NCBI RefSeq assembly: GCF_963921235.1
Contig: NC_086097.1
Span: 106,146,001-106,210,000 of the forward strand
Length of the DNA: 64,000 nt
Source of the DNA: Mobula hypostoma
Taxonomy: Eukaryota
Direction: 5' to 3'
Made by a program: the position numbers and the translations under genes. Shown here piece after piece: positions 13,262-25,369 of this stretch (position 1 is the stretch's first letter; the number at the start of each line of letters is the position of its first letter). The notes beneath the pieces are model-generated. The model was not told the DNA's origin. It was given only the letters and a program-made list of their open reading frames with translations, and searched no databases.

Positions 13262-15346
13262 TGTAACGCTCAGCTATATTGGCTCGTATTTATCTCGGGG
13301 TAACCCCGTGCACCGCCCACCTTCTCTCCGGTTACGTCGATTGCTGTACAACTGCCACCTGATTCAGCTTCAAACATCAATCATCAGCCAGCACACAATG
13401 TACGTTTTACCAATTACACTTTATAGATATTACTAAATCTATGAGATTAATAGAAATTCAATACAAAAAAAGGAATGGAAAAGGCGCCAGACTTATCAAT
13501 TTCTTCATGCACACGTTGGAGCTCAGGGACCTCTTTGGGACCACTCGGACCCCGTCGACTCGCAGCTCAGGACCACTCAGAGTGATCAACCTGAGCTTTC
13601 CCTCATGTCCGTCGTCCTCACAGTCTCTCTTCCGACTCCCCGCCCGGAGTGATCAACCTGAGCCTTCCCTCATGTCCGTCGTCCTCACAGTCTCTCCTCC
13701 GACTCCCCACCCGGAGTGATCAACCTGAGCTTTCCCGCAGGTCCGTCGTCCTCACGGTCTCACCTCCGACTCCCCGCCAAAACCCAGTACGTCCGTCGTC
13801 CTCACGGTCTCTCCTCCGACTCCCCACCCGGAGTGATCAACCTGAGCCTTCCCTCATGTCCGTTGTCCTCACGGTCTCTCCTCCGACTCCCCACCCGGAG
13901 TGATCAACCTGAGCCTTCCCTCATGTCCGTTGTCCTCACAGTCTCTCCTCCGACTCCCCACCCGGAGTGATCAACCTGAGCCTTCCCTCATGTCCGTCGT
14001 CCTCACAGTCTCTCCTCCGACTCCCCACCCGGAGTGGTCAACCTGAGCTTTCCCACAGGTCCGTCGTCCTCACGGTCTCTCCTCTGACTCCCCGCCCGGA
14101 GCGATCAACCTGAGCTTTCCCGCAAGTCCATTGTCCTCACGGTCTCTCCTCCGACTCCCCGCCAAAACCCAGTACGTCCGTCGTCCTCACGCTCTCTCCT
14201 CCGACTCCCCGCCCGGAGTGATCAACCTGAGCTTTCCCGCAAGTCCATCGTCCTCACGGTCTCTCCTCCGACTCCCCGCCAAAACCCAGTACGTCCGTCG
14301 TCCTCACGGTCTCTCCTCCGACTCCCCGCCCGGAGTGATCAACCTGAGCCTTCCCTCATGTCCGTCGTCCTCACAGTCTCTCCTCCGACTCCCCACCCGG
14401 AGTGATCAACCTGAGCTTTCCCGCAGGTCCGTCGCCCTCACGGTCTCTCCTCTGACTCCCCGCCCGGAGCGATCAACCTGAGCTTTCCCGCAAGTCCATC
14501 GTCCTCACGGTCTCTCCTCCGACTCCCCGCCCGGAGTGATCAACCTGAGCCTTCCCTCATGTCCGTCGTCCTCACAGTCTCTCCTCCGACTCCCCACCCG
14601 GAGTGATCAACCTGAGCTTTCCCGCAGGTCCGTCGTCCTCACAGTCTCTCCTCCGACTCCCCACCCGGAGTGATCAACCTGAGCTTTCCCGCAGGTCCGT
14701 CGTCCTCACGGTCTCTCCTCTGACTCCCCGCCCGGAGCGATCAACCTGAGCTTTCCCGCAAGTCCATCGTCCTCACGGTCTCTCCGACTCCCCGCCAAAA
14801 CCCAGTACGTCCGTCGTCCTCACGGTCTCTCCTCCGACTCCCTGCCCGGAGTGATCAACCTGAGCCTTCCCTCATGTCCGTCGTCCTCACAGTCTCTCCT
14901 CCGACTCCCCACCCGGAGTGATCAACCTGAGCCTTCCCTCATGTCCGTCGTCCTCACAGTCTCTCCTCCGACTCCCCACCCGGAGTGGTCAACCTGAGCT
15001 TTCCCGCAGGTCCGTCGTCCTCACAGTCTCTCCTCCGACTCCCCACCCGGAGTGATCAACCTGAGCTTTCCCGCAGGTCCGTCGTCCTCACGGTCTCTCC
15101 TCCGACTCCCCGCCAAAACCCAGTACGTCCGTCATCCTCACGGTCTCTCCTCCGACTCCCCGCCAAAACCCCCTGGTTCCCAACCATATGAGACCCCAAG
15201 AAAGAATAACATGGACACCCATTGGCTCATAGTACATCTGCTATCTGTTATAACCCAAGCAAAGTGCTAGTTAGAGACTTTCTCAGCATTTAACATAACA
15301 AAGAAGCCATTTTAATTTTAACATAACAAAGAAGAAACCCCTTACA
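13262..15346 (-). repeat. 3' LTR (2085 bp)
   Basis: TGTAAC...CTTACA on the plus strand; colinear with 23090-23922 except for the expanded array. Confidence 0.92.
13581..15168. repeat. GC-rich minisatellite inside the LTR: about 20 x 67-bp units plus 5 x 50-bp variant units
   Basis: Unit ccggagtgatcaacctgagctttcccgcaggtccgtcgtcctcacggtctctcctccgactccccgc (period 67, e.g. 13646 to 13713); the variant unit starts caaaacccagtac. Confidence 0.95.
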
Positions 15347-15356
15347 CTCTCCCCCC
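15347..15356 (-). other. Polypurine tract
   Basis: Minus strand GGGGGGAGAG immediately before the TG of the 3' LTR. Confidence 0.85.
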
Positions 15357-15368
15357 AGCAAATAAAAG

Positions 15369-18300
15369 TCATGCCCTCACGACATTAACAGAGTTCACCA
15401 TTGCTCCTTGCAAAACACAAAACCCAACCCAGGTGCATAAAGCAGTGACATAACTTCCCAGGGCAGTAGAGATCACACCCTGTTCTCCCGGTGCTGTGTA
15501 GGTCAACCTCTCCTGGGAGTGCTTACTTCTCTGAGACCTCTGTACCTCCTCTGCTGACTCTTCCGGTTCAGACACCCCAGGTGACACCCCGGGCCTACCT
15601 ATCGGACCCTCACCCTCATTGGGACCTTTCGGCACCTGTGAGCCCTCTGTCTTGGTTTCTGGTTCCACCCTCTCTTCCCTCAATGCCGGCTGTATTTCAG
15701 ACGGCTCCTCAACACTCTCCCTCCTCTCCCCTTACTCAGTGGGGGAAGGGCCAGGGGCCTCTTCTTCTGGCGCCAGGGAATTAGCGAACGGAAACAGGTG
15801 CCACACGTCTGAATCATCGTCTTCCGATGATGTATCCCTTTTCGGGGTGGGGACCAGTCCTGTCTCTTTTGCAAAGGGCTCTTCCCTCGCCCCGCGCCCT
15901 CGCAGAGTCCCCACACTAGCCATAAATTCCCATTCGGGCTCTCGGTCTACCTGCACCTCTCGACCCAGAGGCAACAGGTGGTTCCAATGGAATACCTTGA
16001 CAGGCCCCTTCCCATCCTCTGGTCTCACCCGGCAAACAGGGAGATTTGGCATCTGGCTCTCCACCACATAGGGGGTGGCCGCCCACTAATCCGCCAACGT
16101 GCTTACCAGGTAGTCCTGAATTCCGGATAAGGACCCGGTCTCCCGGCAATAGCTGGACGAACTTTACTTTCTGATCATATCTCTTCTTATTCCTCTGATT
16201 CTGCTTGGTGGCCGCCGCCTCAGCCAACTCGTATGCCCTTTTCAACTCTCTCCTCGTATCAGACACATACTTCAGACATGGCTTCGAAGGTAATTCAGCC
16301 GTTTCAGTCCCAAAACACGGATCAACGGGCAACCTTGCTTCCCGCCCGAACATCAGATAATAGGGCGAGTACCCCGTAGCGTCATTGCGAGTACAATTGT
16401 AACAGTGAACCAAATGGCCGATGTGCTACTCCACTTACTCTTCTGACCAATCTCCAGAGTGCCGAGCATGTCCAGCAGGGTCTGGTTAAACCTCTCGGGC
16501 TGAGGATCACCCTGCGGGTGATAGGGTGTGGTCCTGGATTTCTCAACCCCAAGCATACCCAGTAATTCATGGATAAGCCTGCTCTCAAAGTCCTGTCCCT
16601 GATCACTATGGATCCGCCGGGAGAGGCCATAATGAACAAAGTACTTCTCCCATAACACCTTCACCACTGTAGTCGCTTTCTGGTCCTTAGTGGGAAATGC
16701 CTGCGCGTATCTAGTGTAGTGATCCGTGATGACTAAGACATTCGCGGTGCTGCTGGTGTCTGGCTCAATAGACAGGAAATCCATACACACCAGGTCCATG
16801 GGTCCCGCACTCTGCAAGTGGGACAACGGGGCCGCCTGCGCAGGCAAGGTCTTCCTCCGGATGCAGCGACTGCATTTCTTACAGTATTCTTCAACCTCCC
16901 CCCTCATCCAGGGCCAGTAAAACCGGTCCTTGAGTAATCCATAGGTCTTTTCCACCCCCAAGTGCCAGGAATCATCATGTAGCGCCTGGAGCACAGTCTT
17001 CCGATGCTTCTCAGGCATGACCAGCTGCCAGTACCGGGGGTGGTCCGGGGCGACGTGACCCGGTACAAGACTTGGTTCTTCAGCTTCAACCAAGGGCACT
17101 CCTTCAGTAGTAGGGGCACTGAGGCGTGCTTCACCTTCTCCACCTGAGCCATATCCCTCTTTCTAACTGCGTACCAGATAGTGCCAGTGCTCGGGTCATC
17201 CCGCTGAGCCGCCCCCACTTCCTGGGGGCTCAACTCCAGCAACTGCTGTTCCTTGGAGCAGTCAAATTACAGTACACAGTGGGTAACGCATCATCATCTG
17301 CCCCCAATTGATCCACTGTCCGATCCGGCCCCATCGGGGCTCCTGCTTCAGCGTCGTTCACAAATTGACACATGGCCTTCACTCCCGGGGCAGGGACACT
17401 CTCCCACTCCTCAGCCGTGCCCGACCCCTCATGCGCCCGACGAGATAGAGCATCTGCATCGATGTTCCGACTCCTGGCCGGTACTTCAGGCTGAACTCAT
17501 AGACAGAAAAGGCCGCTAACCACCGGTGCCCAGTAGCGTCCAGCTTTGCCGAGGTCAGGATATAAGTGAGAGGGTTGTTGTCAGTTCTCACCTCAATCTT
17601 GGCCCCGTATAGATAGTCGCTCAAGTTGTCCACCACCGCCCATTTCAACGCCAGGAACTCCAACTTGTGAGTGGGATAGTTTCTCTCAGATGGTGACAAG
17701 CTTCGGCTAACAAACCCACTGGCCTCAATCCGTTGCCCTGTTCCTGGTACAGGACAGCCCCCAGACTCTCGCAACTGGTATGTGTAGCACATATGGCTTC
17801 TGGGGATCAGCAAAAGCCAACACCGGGGACTGAGTCAGCGCCCTTTTCAGAGATTAAAACGCCTCCTCACATTGAGCATCCCACCTCGATCCAAAAGGCT
17901 CCGCCGGGTTCAAGTATCCTCCTGCCTCCGGCCCTCGGTCTCCCTTCCTTTTCTTCCCCACAGGTGGATAGCCACACAACAGCTGGTTCAATGGGTGACT
18001 CATTTTAGTGTATACTTTCACGAATCGCCGGTAATACCCACAGAGCCCCAAAAACGAGCGCAGGGCGCTCACCTTCTGGGGTCTTGGCCAGGTGGTCACC
18101 GCGGCTATCTGAGCCGGATCAGTGGCCACTCCATTTCACAAAATTATGTGTCCAAGGTCCAAGATAGTGGACCGACGGCTTACAGAACTGGCATTTATCC
18201 AGGGAAAGTTTCAACCCTTCCTCCTTCAGCGGACTCAGCACCTTCAGCAGCCGCTCCTCATGTTCCTCCAAAGTAGATCCGAACACTATCAGGTCATCCA

Positions 18301-19813
18301 GATACACCAACACCTCCATCAGGTTCATATCCCCCACCGTCCTCTCCATGAACCACTGGAAGGTGGCTGGGGCCCCCGATATACCTTGGGGCATTCGTTT
18401 GAACTGAAAAAATCCCAGGAGGCAGATAAAGGCCGTCTTCTCTTTAGCGGCCTCACTCATCGGAATCTGGTAATACCCACTCCGCAAATCCAATACACTA
18501 AATCACTGCGCCCCACTTAAACAGGCCAATGCGTCTTCCACCCTCAGGACCACTGGTCGGGGACAGTGAGCCGGTTCAGGGTCCTATAGTCCACGCACAT
18601 GCATACCTTCCCATTTTACTTCCTAACCACTACCATGGGGGACGCATAGGGGCTCCGGGACTCCTTAATAATCCCTGCATCCTTCAACTGCGCACATCTT
18701 CCACATCTGCTGGGGCCAACTGCCGCGACCTTTCTCTAAATGGTGTGTCATTTGTCACATGGATAGTGTGACGAGTGCTCTTGGAACAACCCACATCAAA
18801 CTCGCCCTGAGAAAAGACATCCCCTAGTTTCAGCATCTCCTCCACCAGCCTGCTCTTATACTCCGGCGGTACAGGAGAGTCTTTAAAATTAAAGGCCTCC
18901 TCGGTCAGCCGCCCCCTGTTCTCCAATAGTTTTCCTCCAGTGGGCCTCAGGGGGGCACTAGGCATCACCATCTCCGGGAACAAGTGTGCAAGGGGCATCG
19001 CGCGCTTAAAGGTGATCTCCCTCTCCGTTGTGTTTCTTACAATCACCCCCATCCGGCGTGCTTGTACAACTGAGGGCCTCTGCAATTCAGATCTCACCAG
19101 CACCCCAGCCGGGAAATGGGACTCCCTTTCAAGGTCTTCCGGGGTGTCTACTAACAGGGCCTCACCCACCGGTACTCTGGGGAATCTGGGGGCCCCATCA
19201 CTAGTGCCACCTCCCCGGGCCGAGATCACTTTAGGCCTCGCCTGAGTACACCACACCGTCCCTCGCTTGAACTCAGGATCCAGCCCTGGGGGTCACCCAC
19301 TTCTTCGAACACCGCTCGAAATACTGGGTGTACCGAGAGGGTCTCCAGAAAGTTCTCCCCCGCCTTCTCCTTACAGGCTCCCAGGAGCCGTTGCACCAGA
19401 GGGGAGTTAGTCCCCACCAGCAGGGCAGTGCCAGTAGTTTCCACCGGGTCCGGACAAACCAACACCAACGTCTCAAGGGCTTCTGACACTCCCACATCGC
19501 CCTCCGAGAATTCCAATCTCACTGACAGGTACCCATTGTATGGGTAATCACCATCACTTATATCCCAAATCTCCAGTACATTAAGCGGGGTTACTGGCAA
19601 ATGCTTTAAATATTTGTTGTAGAATGACCAGTACAATAAAGTAACCTGCGATCCTGTGTCAAGGATGGTTCTTGCAAAGATTCCCTCTATCTGTAGAGAC
19701 ACGCTGGAACGGAGTCCAACCAGTCCATCCGGAATAAGGGCTTGTGCTTTTGGGGGTCCCATGGCTGATTTCTGGGAACATGTTCCTCCTGAGACTCCAG
19801 TCCGTTCCCTCAC
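15369..19813 (-). pseudogene. pol: Gypsy pol (PR-RT-RNase H-IN), multiply frameshifted
   Basis: ILDTGSQVT (PR); DLRSGYYQI, MPQG, YLDD (RT); RNYPTHKLEFLALKWAV, TDNNPL (RH); H..H..CSRC, SDQG..FES, PERFN (IN). Confidence 0.92.
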
Positions 19814-19879
19814 TAAGTCTCTCCTAAGTTTCCCGACACTGCTCCCTTCTTAGTGGCTGGGGGCTTTCCTTCTGCGGGG

Positions 19880-21151
19880 CATCTTGTCTCTCACAATCCC
19901 TCCGAAAGTGACCCGCTTCCCCACAGCTGTAGCACACCCCCGGCCACTCACATTCCCACCGGAAATGCCCCTCTTTCCCACAGTTACAGCACATGCTACC
20001 CGTCACCCCTCTCCTCCTGGGACGCCTCCCACTCCCAACCCACGGTGCGGGCCGTCCCCTGGAGGGGGTACTCTCCCTGTCCATCCCCTCAAGCGGGACC
20101 CCCCCAGGACCCCTTGGATTTCTCGGTTCTCAACCCAGCTACCGCCTCCTGAACCGCTGAGGACCGTCCCTAGTGGCCCACACCCCTTTTCCGGCCTAAC
20201 GCGCCCGAATGATGGAGGGGGCTCCTTTTATAGGACTGCCAGAGACTCCAAGCCACCTTGTCCTCCTCCAGGGAACCAGTAAATATCTGACTCATCCTCA
20301 ACCTCACCACTTCATCTGCCTTCACTACCCCTCGGCGCCAACAACGCAGTAAGCATTCTCTCCAGCCGAAAACTGTATTCTGAGAGCTTTTCCCTCTACC
20401 CTGCCCCATGTGGTGAAACTCCGCTAAAAGTTCCCAGGGATCTCCTGACATCCCAAACGCTCCCTCCAAGGCTTCCAGATACTCCGCCAGGGAAGCTGAG
20501 GGCCATTCTGCCCTCAGCTCGTGGACTACACTGGCTGCCCCTCCCCTCAAACTTTCCACCAATCGCTGACTCTTTTCCTCATCTGAACCTGGCCACGCCT
20601 CTAACAACGGGGACGTATTCTCAATCCATACCTCGTAGTCCTCCTCCCCTTCCAGGGTGGGCATGGCTCCTGAGAAAATTCTCAGCTTCGGGCAGGGCCC
20701 CTCGACCCTTCTCACCAGGGAGGTAATGGCGGCCGCTAACTCGGAGGTCTCACCTCCAGCTGGGGGACGGGGCCTGGCCAAGCCTTCCCACTCTAATCCT
20801 CCACCACTGGCTACTGGCACCTCCCCTGGGATCTCATCTAGCTCCTCCTTCGGCATCTCCTCACTTTCTTCCTCCGGGTGGGTGTGGAGACCCCATGGTC
20901 CCGTCTCCCCCTGTACGCTGACCATTGCTGGCAGTTCCAACGTCATGACATCAGCACTCGTACGAACCAACACCCAGCTAGATTCCACTTCTTTACCACA
21001 TCTTCTAGCTACCAGTTCTAGCTGCCCTATACCTTTAATCAAACTCAACCTTCACACTAGTACATCTCCTGAAATGCGGAAATCCACCGCACTTAACACA
21101 CACGCCTGATCACTGGTACTCACACCAACTTAAAATCTTATCTCAATCCAT
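19880..21151 (-). pseudogene. gag: Gypsy gag, PNMA-like capsid with two CCHC knuckles
   Basis: KLRIFSG..EEDYEVW..LVESLRGGA..YLEALEGAFG; knuckles CNCGKEGHFRWEC and CYSCGEAGHFRRDC; probable ATG at 21151, with stops and frameshifts. Confidence 0.85.
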
Positions 21152-21165
21152 CTTCGCACTACTTA

Positions 21166-23027
21166 ACAATAGACAATAGACAATAAGTGCAGGAGTAGGC
21201 CATTCGGCCCTTCGAGCCAGCACCACCATTCACTATGATCATGGCTGATCGATCCACAATCAGTATCCAGTTCCTGCCTTATCCCAATAAACTTTGATTC
21301 CACTATCTTTAAGAGCTCTATCCATCTCTTTCTTGAAAGCATCTAGAGACTTGGCCTCCACAGCCTTCTGGGACAGAGTATTCCATATATCCACCACTCT
21401 CTGGGTGAAAAAGCTTTTCCTCAACTCTGTTCTAAATGGCCTACCCCTTATTCTTAAACTGTGGCCTCTGGTTCTGGACTCACCCATCAGCGGGAACATG
21501 CTTCCTGCCTGCAGCATATCCAATCCCTTAATAATCTTATATGTTTCAATAAGATCCCCTCTCAGCCTTCTAAATTCCAGAGTATACAAGCCCAGTCGCT
21601 CCAATCTTTCGACATATGACAGTCCCGCCATTCTGGGAATTAACCTTGTGAACCTACGCTGCACTCCCTCAATAGCAAGAATGTCCTTCCTCAAATTTGG
21701 AGACCAAAACTGCACACAGTACTCCAGGTGTGGTCTCACCAGGGCCCTGTACAGCTGCAGAAGGACGTCTTTGCTCTTATACTCAAATTCCCTTGTTATG
21801 AAGGCCAGCATGCCATTAGCTTTCTTCGCTGCCTGCTGTACTTGCATGCTTGCTTTCAGTGACTAATGTACAAGAACACCTAGATCTCGTTGTACTTCCC
21901 CTTTTCCTAACTTGACTCCATTTAGATAATAATCTGCCTTCCCGTTCTTACCACCAAAGTGGATAACCTCACATTTGTCCACATTAAACTGCATCTGCCA
22001 TGCATTTGCCCACTCACCGAGCCTGTCCAAGTCACCCTGCATTCTCATAACATCCTCCTCACATTTCACACTGCCACCCAGCTTTGTGTCATCGGCAAAT
22101 TTGCTAATGTTACTTTTAATTCCCTCATCTAAATCATTAATATATATTGTAAACAGCTGCGGTCCCAGCACTGAACCCTGTGGTACCCCACTGGTCACCG
22201 CCTGCCATTCCGAAAGGGACCCGTTAATCGCTACTCTTTGCTTTCTGTCAGCCAGCCAATTTTCAGTCTATTTCAGTACTCTGCCCCCAATACCATGTGC
22301 CCTAATTTTGCCCACTAATCTCCTATGTGGGACTTTATCAAAGGCTTTCTGAAAGTCCAGGTACACTACATCCACTGGCTCTCCCTTGCCCATTTTTATA
22401 GTTACATCCTCAAAAAATTCCAGAAGATTAGTCAAGCACGATTTCCCCTTCGTAACTCCATGCTGACTTGGACCGATCCTGTTACTGCTATCCAGATGTG
22501 TCGTAATTTCATCTTTTATAATTGACTCCAGCATCTTTCCCACCACCGACGTCAGGCTAACCGGTCTATAATTCCCTGTTTTCTCTCTTCCTCCCTTCTT
22601 GAAGAGAGAGACAACATTAGCCACCCTCCAATCCACAGGAACTGATCCTGAATCTATAGAACATTGGAAAATGATTACCAATGTGTCCACGATTTCTAAA
22701 GCCACCTCCTTAAGTACCCTGGGATGCAGACCATCAGGTCCCAGGGACTTATCAGCCTTCGGACCCAACAGTCTATCCAACACCATTTCCTGCCTAATAT
22801 AAATTTCCTTTAGTTCATCCATTACCCTAGGTCCTTTGGCCACTATTATATCTGGGAGATTGTTTGTGTCTTCCCTAGTGAAGACAGATCCAAAGTACCT
22901 GTTCAACTCATCTGCCATTTCCTTGTTCCCCATAATAAATTCACCCGATTCTGTCTTCAAGGGCCCAATTTTGGTCTTTATTTTTTTCCTTTTCACATAC
23001 CTAAAGAAGCTTTTACTATCCTCTTTT
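21166..23027 (-). mobile_element. 5'-truncated CR1 LINE inserted in the Gypsy leader
   Basis: NYRPVSLTSVVGK, YLDFQKAFDKVPH, GVPQGSVLGP, KFADDT, RGHSLRIRG; (ATTGTCT)n tail at 21166-21185. Confidence 0.93.
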
Positions 23028-23067
23028 AAATTGGCGTGGCGACTTATACAGATTTACTGAAAATCCA

Positions 23068-23085
23068 ATCCCGGACGAGCCCCCA
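23068..23085 (-). other. Primer-binding site complementary to tRNA-Pro
   Basis: Minus strand TGGGGGCTCGTCCGGGAT, 4 nt downstream of the 5' LTR; identical to the canonical 18-nt Pro PBS. Confidence 0.92.
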
Positions 23086-23089
23086 CTAA

Positions 23090-23922
23090 TGTAATGCTCA
23101 GCTATATTGGCTCGTATTTATCTAGGGTAAACCCCGTCTGCCGCCACCTTGTCTCCCGGTTATGTCGGTTGCTGTACAACTGCCACCTAATTCAGCTTCA
23201 AACATCAATCATCAGCCAGCACACAATGTACGTTTTACCAATTACACCTTATAGATATTACTAGGTCTATGAGATTAATAGAAGTTCAATACAAAAAAAG
23301 GAATGGAAAAGGTGCCAGACTTATCAAAGTTCAATTTCTTCGTGCACACGTTGGAGCTCAGGGACCTCTTTGGGACCACTCGGACCCCGTCGACTCGCAG
23401 CTCAGGACCACCCAAAGTGATCAACCTGAGCTTTCCCGCAGGTCCGTCGTCCTCACGGTCTCTCCTCCGACTTCCCGCCCGGAGTGATCAACCTGAGCTT
23501 TCCCGTACATCCGTCGTCCTCACGGTCTCTCCTCCGACTCCCCGCCCGGAGTGATCAACCTGAGCTTTCCCGCAGGTCCGTCGCCCTCACGGTCTCTCCT
23601 CCGACTCCCCGCCCGGAGTGATCAACCCGAGCTTTCCCGCAAATCCGTCGTCCTCACGGTCTCCCCTCCGACTCCCCGCCATAAGCCCCTGGTTCCCAGC
23701 CATATGTGACAGCATATCACCCCAAGAAAGAATAACATGGACACCCATTGGCTCATAGTACATCTGCTATCTGTTATAACGCAAGCAAAGTGCAAGCTAG
23801 AGACTTTTCAGCATTTAACATAACATAGAAGCCATTTTAATTCATATACGCAGCAGCTTAAAATATTAACATAACAAAGAAGCCATTTTAATTTTAACAT
23901 AACAAAGAAGAAACCCCTTACA
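23090..23922 (-). repeat. 5' LTR (833 bp) with 4 x 67-bp units
   Basis: TGTAAT...CTTACA on the plus strand; array at 23416-23680. Confidence 0.92.
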
Positions 23923-24737
23923 ATTAGATTCAACTTTATTGTCATTGTGCCGAGTACAGATACAAAGCCAATGAAATGCAGTTAGCATCTGACCAGAAAT
24001 GCAAAGAATAGTGTTATTTATAAAATAACTGTGAATAAAAAGTAAATGTTACAGCACACAAATATAAAAGTACTGATTCAATACAATATGGGTGTAATAC
24101 TGCTTAGCGCTGTGATTTGAGGTTCAGCAGGGTCACAGCCTCAGGGAAGAAGCTCTTCCTGTGCCTGCTGGTGCGGGAGCAGAGGCTCCTGTAGCGCCTA
24201 CTGGATGGGAGGAGAGTAAAAAGTCCATAGTTAGGGTGAGATGCATCCTTGTTAATGCTTTTCGCCCTGCCCAGGCCGCATTTATGGTAGATGTTCTCAA
24301 TGGTGGGCAATTGGGTGCCGATAATCCGCTGGGGATTTTCACCACCTGCTGGATTGCTTTGCGGCCTGATATGGGACAATGGCCATACCATACTGAGATG
24401 CAGTTGGTGAGTATGCTCTCACTGGTACAGTGGTAAAAGTCCATCGGTATCCTGGACAGAGGTGAGCTTTCTTGATGCTCCGCAGGAAGTAAAGGTGCTG
24501 TTGCGCCTTTTTGATCAGGATGGAGGAGTTCAGGGACCAGGTGAGATTCTCAGAAATGTGGACACCCAAGGAACTTGAAGCTTGATACACACACCACTAC
24601 AGCTCCGTTGATGTAGATGGGGACAGGAGTGTGGTTCCTAACATGCCTGAAGTCCTCAATCAACTCCTTGGTCTTCTGGGTGTTAAGGGCCAGGTTATTG
24701 TTGTCACACCACGCAGCCAGGTGCTGGACCTCGTTGA
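23923..24737 (-). mobile_element. Rex1/Babar 3' fragment whose (AGATT)n tail was hit by the Gypsy element
   Basis: LGVHISENLTWS, LLPSSRRYRS..SFFPEAV; the tail continues at 13245-13261. Confidence 0.8.
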
Positions 24738-24744
24738 CAGTTCA

Positions 24745-25085
24745 TTGATAGGTTCATTGACCGTTCAGAAATCTGATGGCAGTGGGGAAGAAACTTTTCC
24801 TAAAATGTTGATTGTGGACCTTCAGACTCCCTGACAGTAATAATGAGAAAAGGACATGTCCTGGGTGGTGGAAGCCCTTAATGACAGAGGCATCCCCTTT
24901 TGAAGATGTGCTTGATGGTGGGGAGGCTAGTGTCCATGATGGAGCTGGCTGAGTCTACAACCCCTTGAAGCTTGTTCCGATCTTCTGCAGTGGTGCTTCC
25001 ATACCAGACGGTGGTGCAACCAGTTAGAAAGCTCTCCATGCTACATCTGTAGAAATCTGCTGGAATCTTTGGTGCTATACCAATT
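24745..25085 (-). mobile_element. Older Rex1/Babar fragment; its 3' end lies at 13094-13244
   Basis: 'gaggtagcgttcat' (13227-13240) joins 'ggttcattgaccgttcagaaatctgatggc' (24751 onward), as in the uninterrupted relative at 32700-32750. Confidence 0.65.
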
Positions 25086-25369
25086 CTGAGGTCAATACAG
25101 AAAGTTTAATCCCTGGGCTATGGCTGAAAGACTGCTCAGCTTTTGCAGAATCGCCAAGGTAAAATTGTATCTCAGAATCTCTCTCTTAGTCACATATCTG
25201 CATTGTCTTGTATTCATTGCAACAGGTCCCAGTTTCCTCCTGCTTCCACAAGCATTGCAACTCTCACTCCCCGTCATCACATACATTCCCCATAGCAATT
25301 GCCATGGCATACACAATTTCTAAGCCCCACTGCAGAATGTCAATTACATTCCTTTCGCATATCATTTGT

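Larger units (their letters stand above)
13262..23922 (-). mobile_element. Full-length decayed Ty3/Gypsy LTR retrotransposon with PNMA-like gag
   Basis: TG..CA LTRs, 4-bp TSD ATTA (13258-13261 and 23923-23926), PBS, PPT, and gag-PR-RT-RH-IN order. Confidence 0.95.

Noticed and set aside
13581..15168. CRISPR-like array or Pro/Ser-rich ORFs
   Set aside because: The units are contiguous with no unique spacers and no cas genes, and they lie inside an LTR. The ORFs are translations of the repeat.
20170..21048. Domesticated PNMA host gene
   Set aside because: It sits between LTRs with pol and has stops and frameshifts.
23068..23085. tRNA-Pro gene
   Set aside because: Only 18-19 nt of the 3' end including CCA, next to an LTR; this is a PBS.
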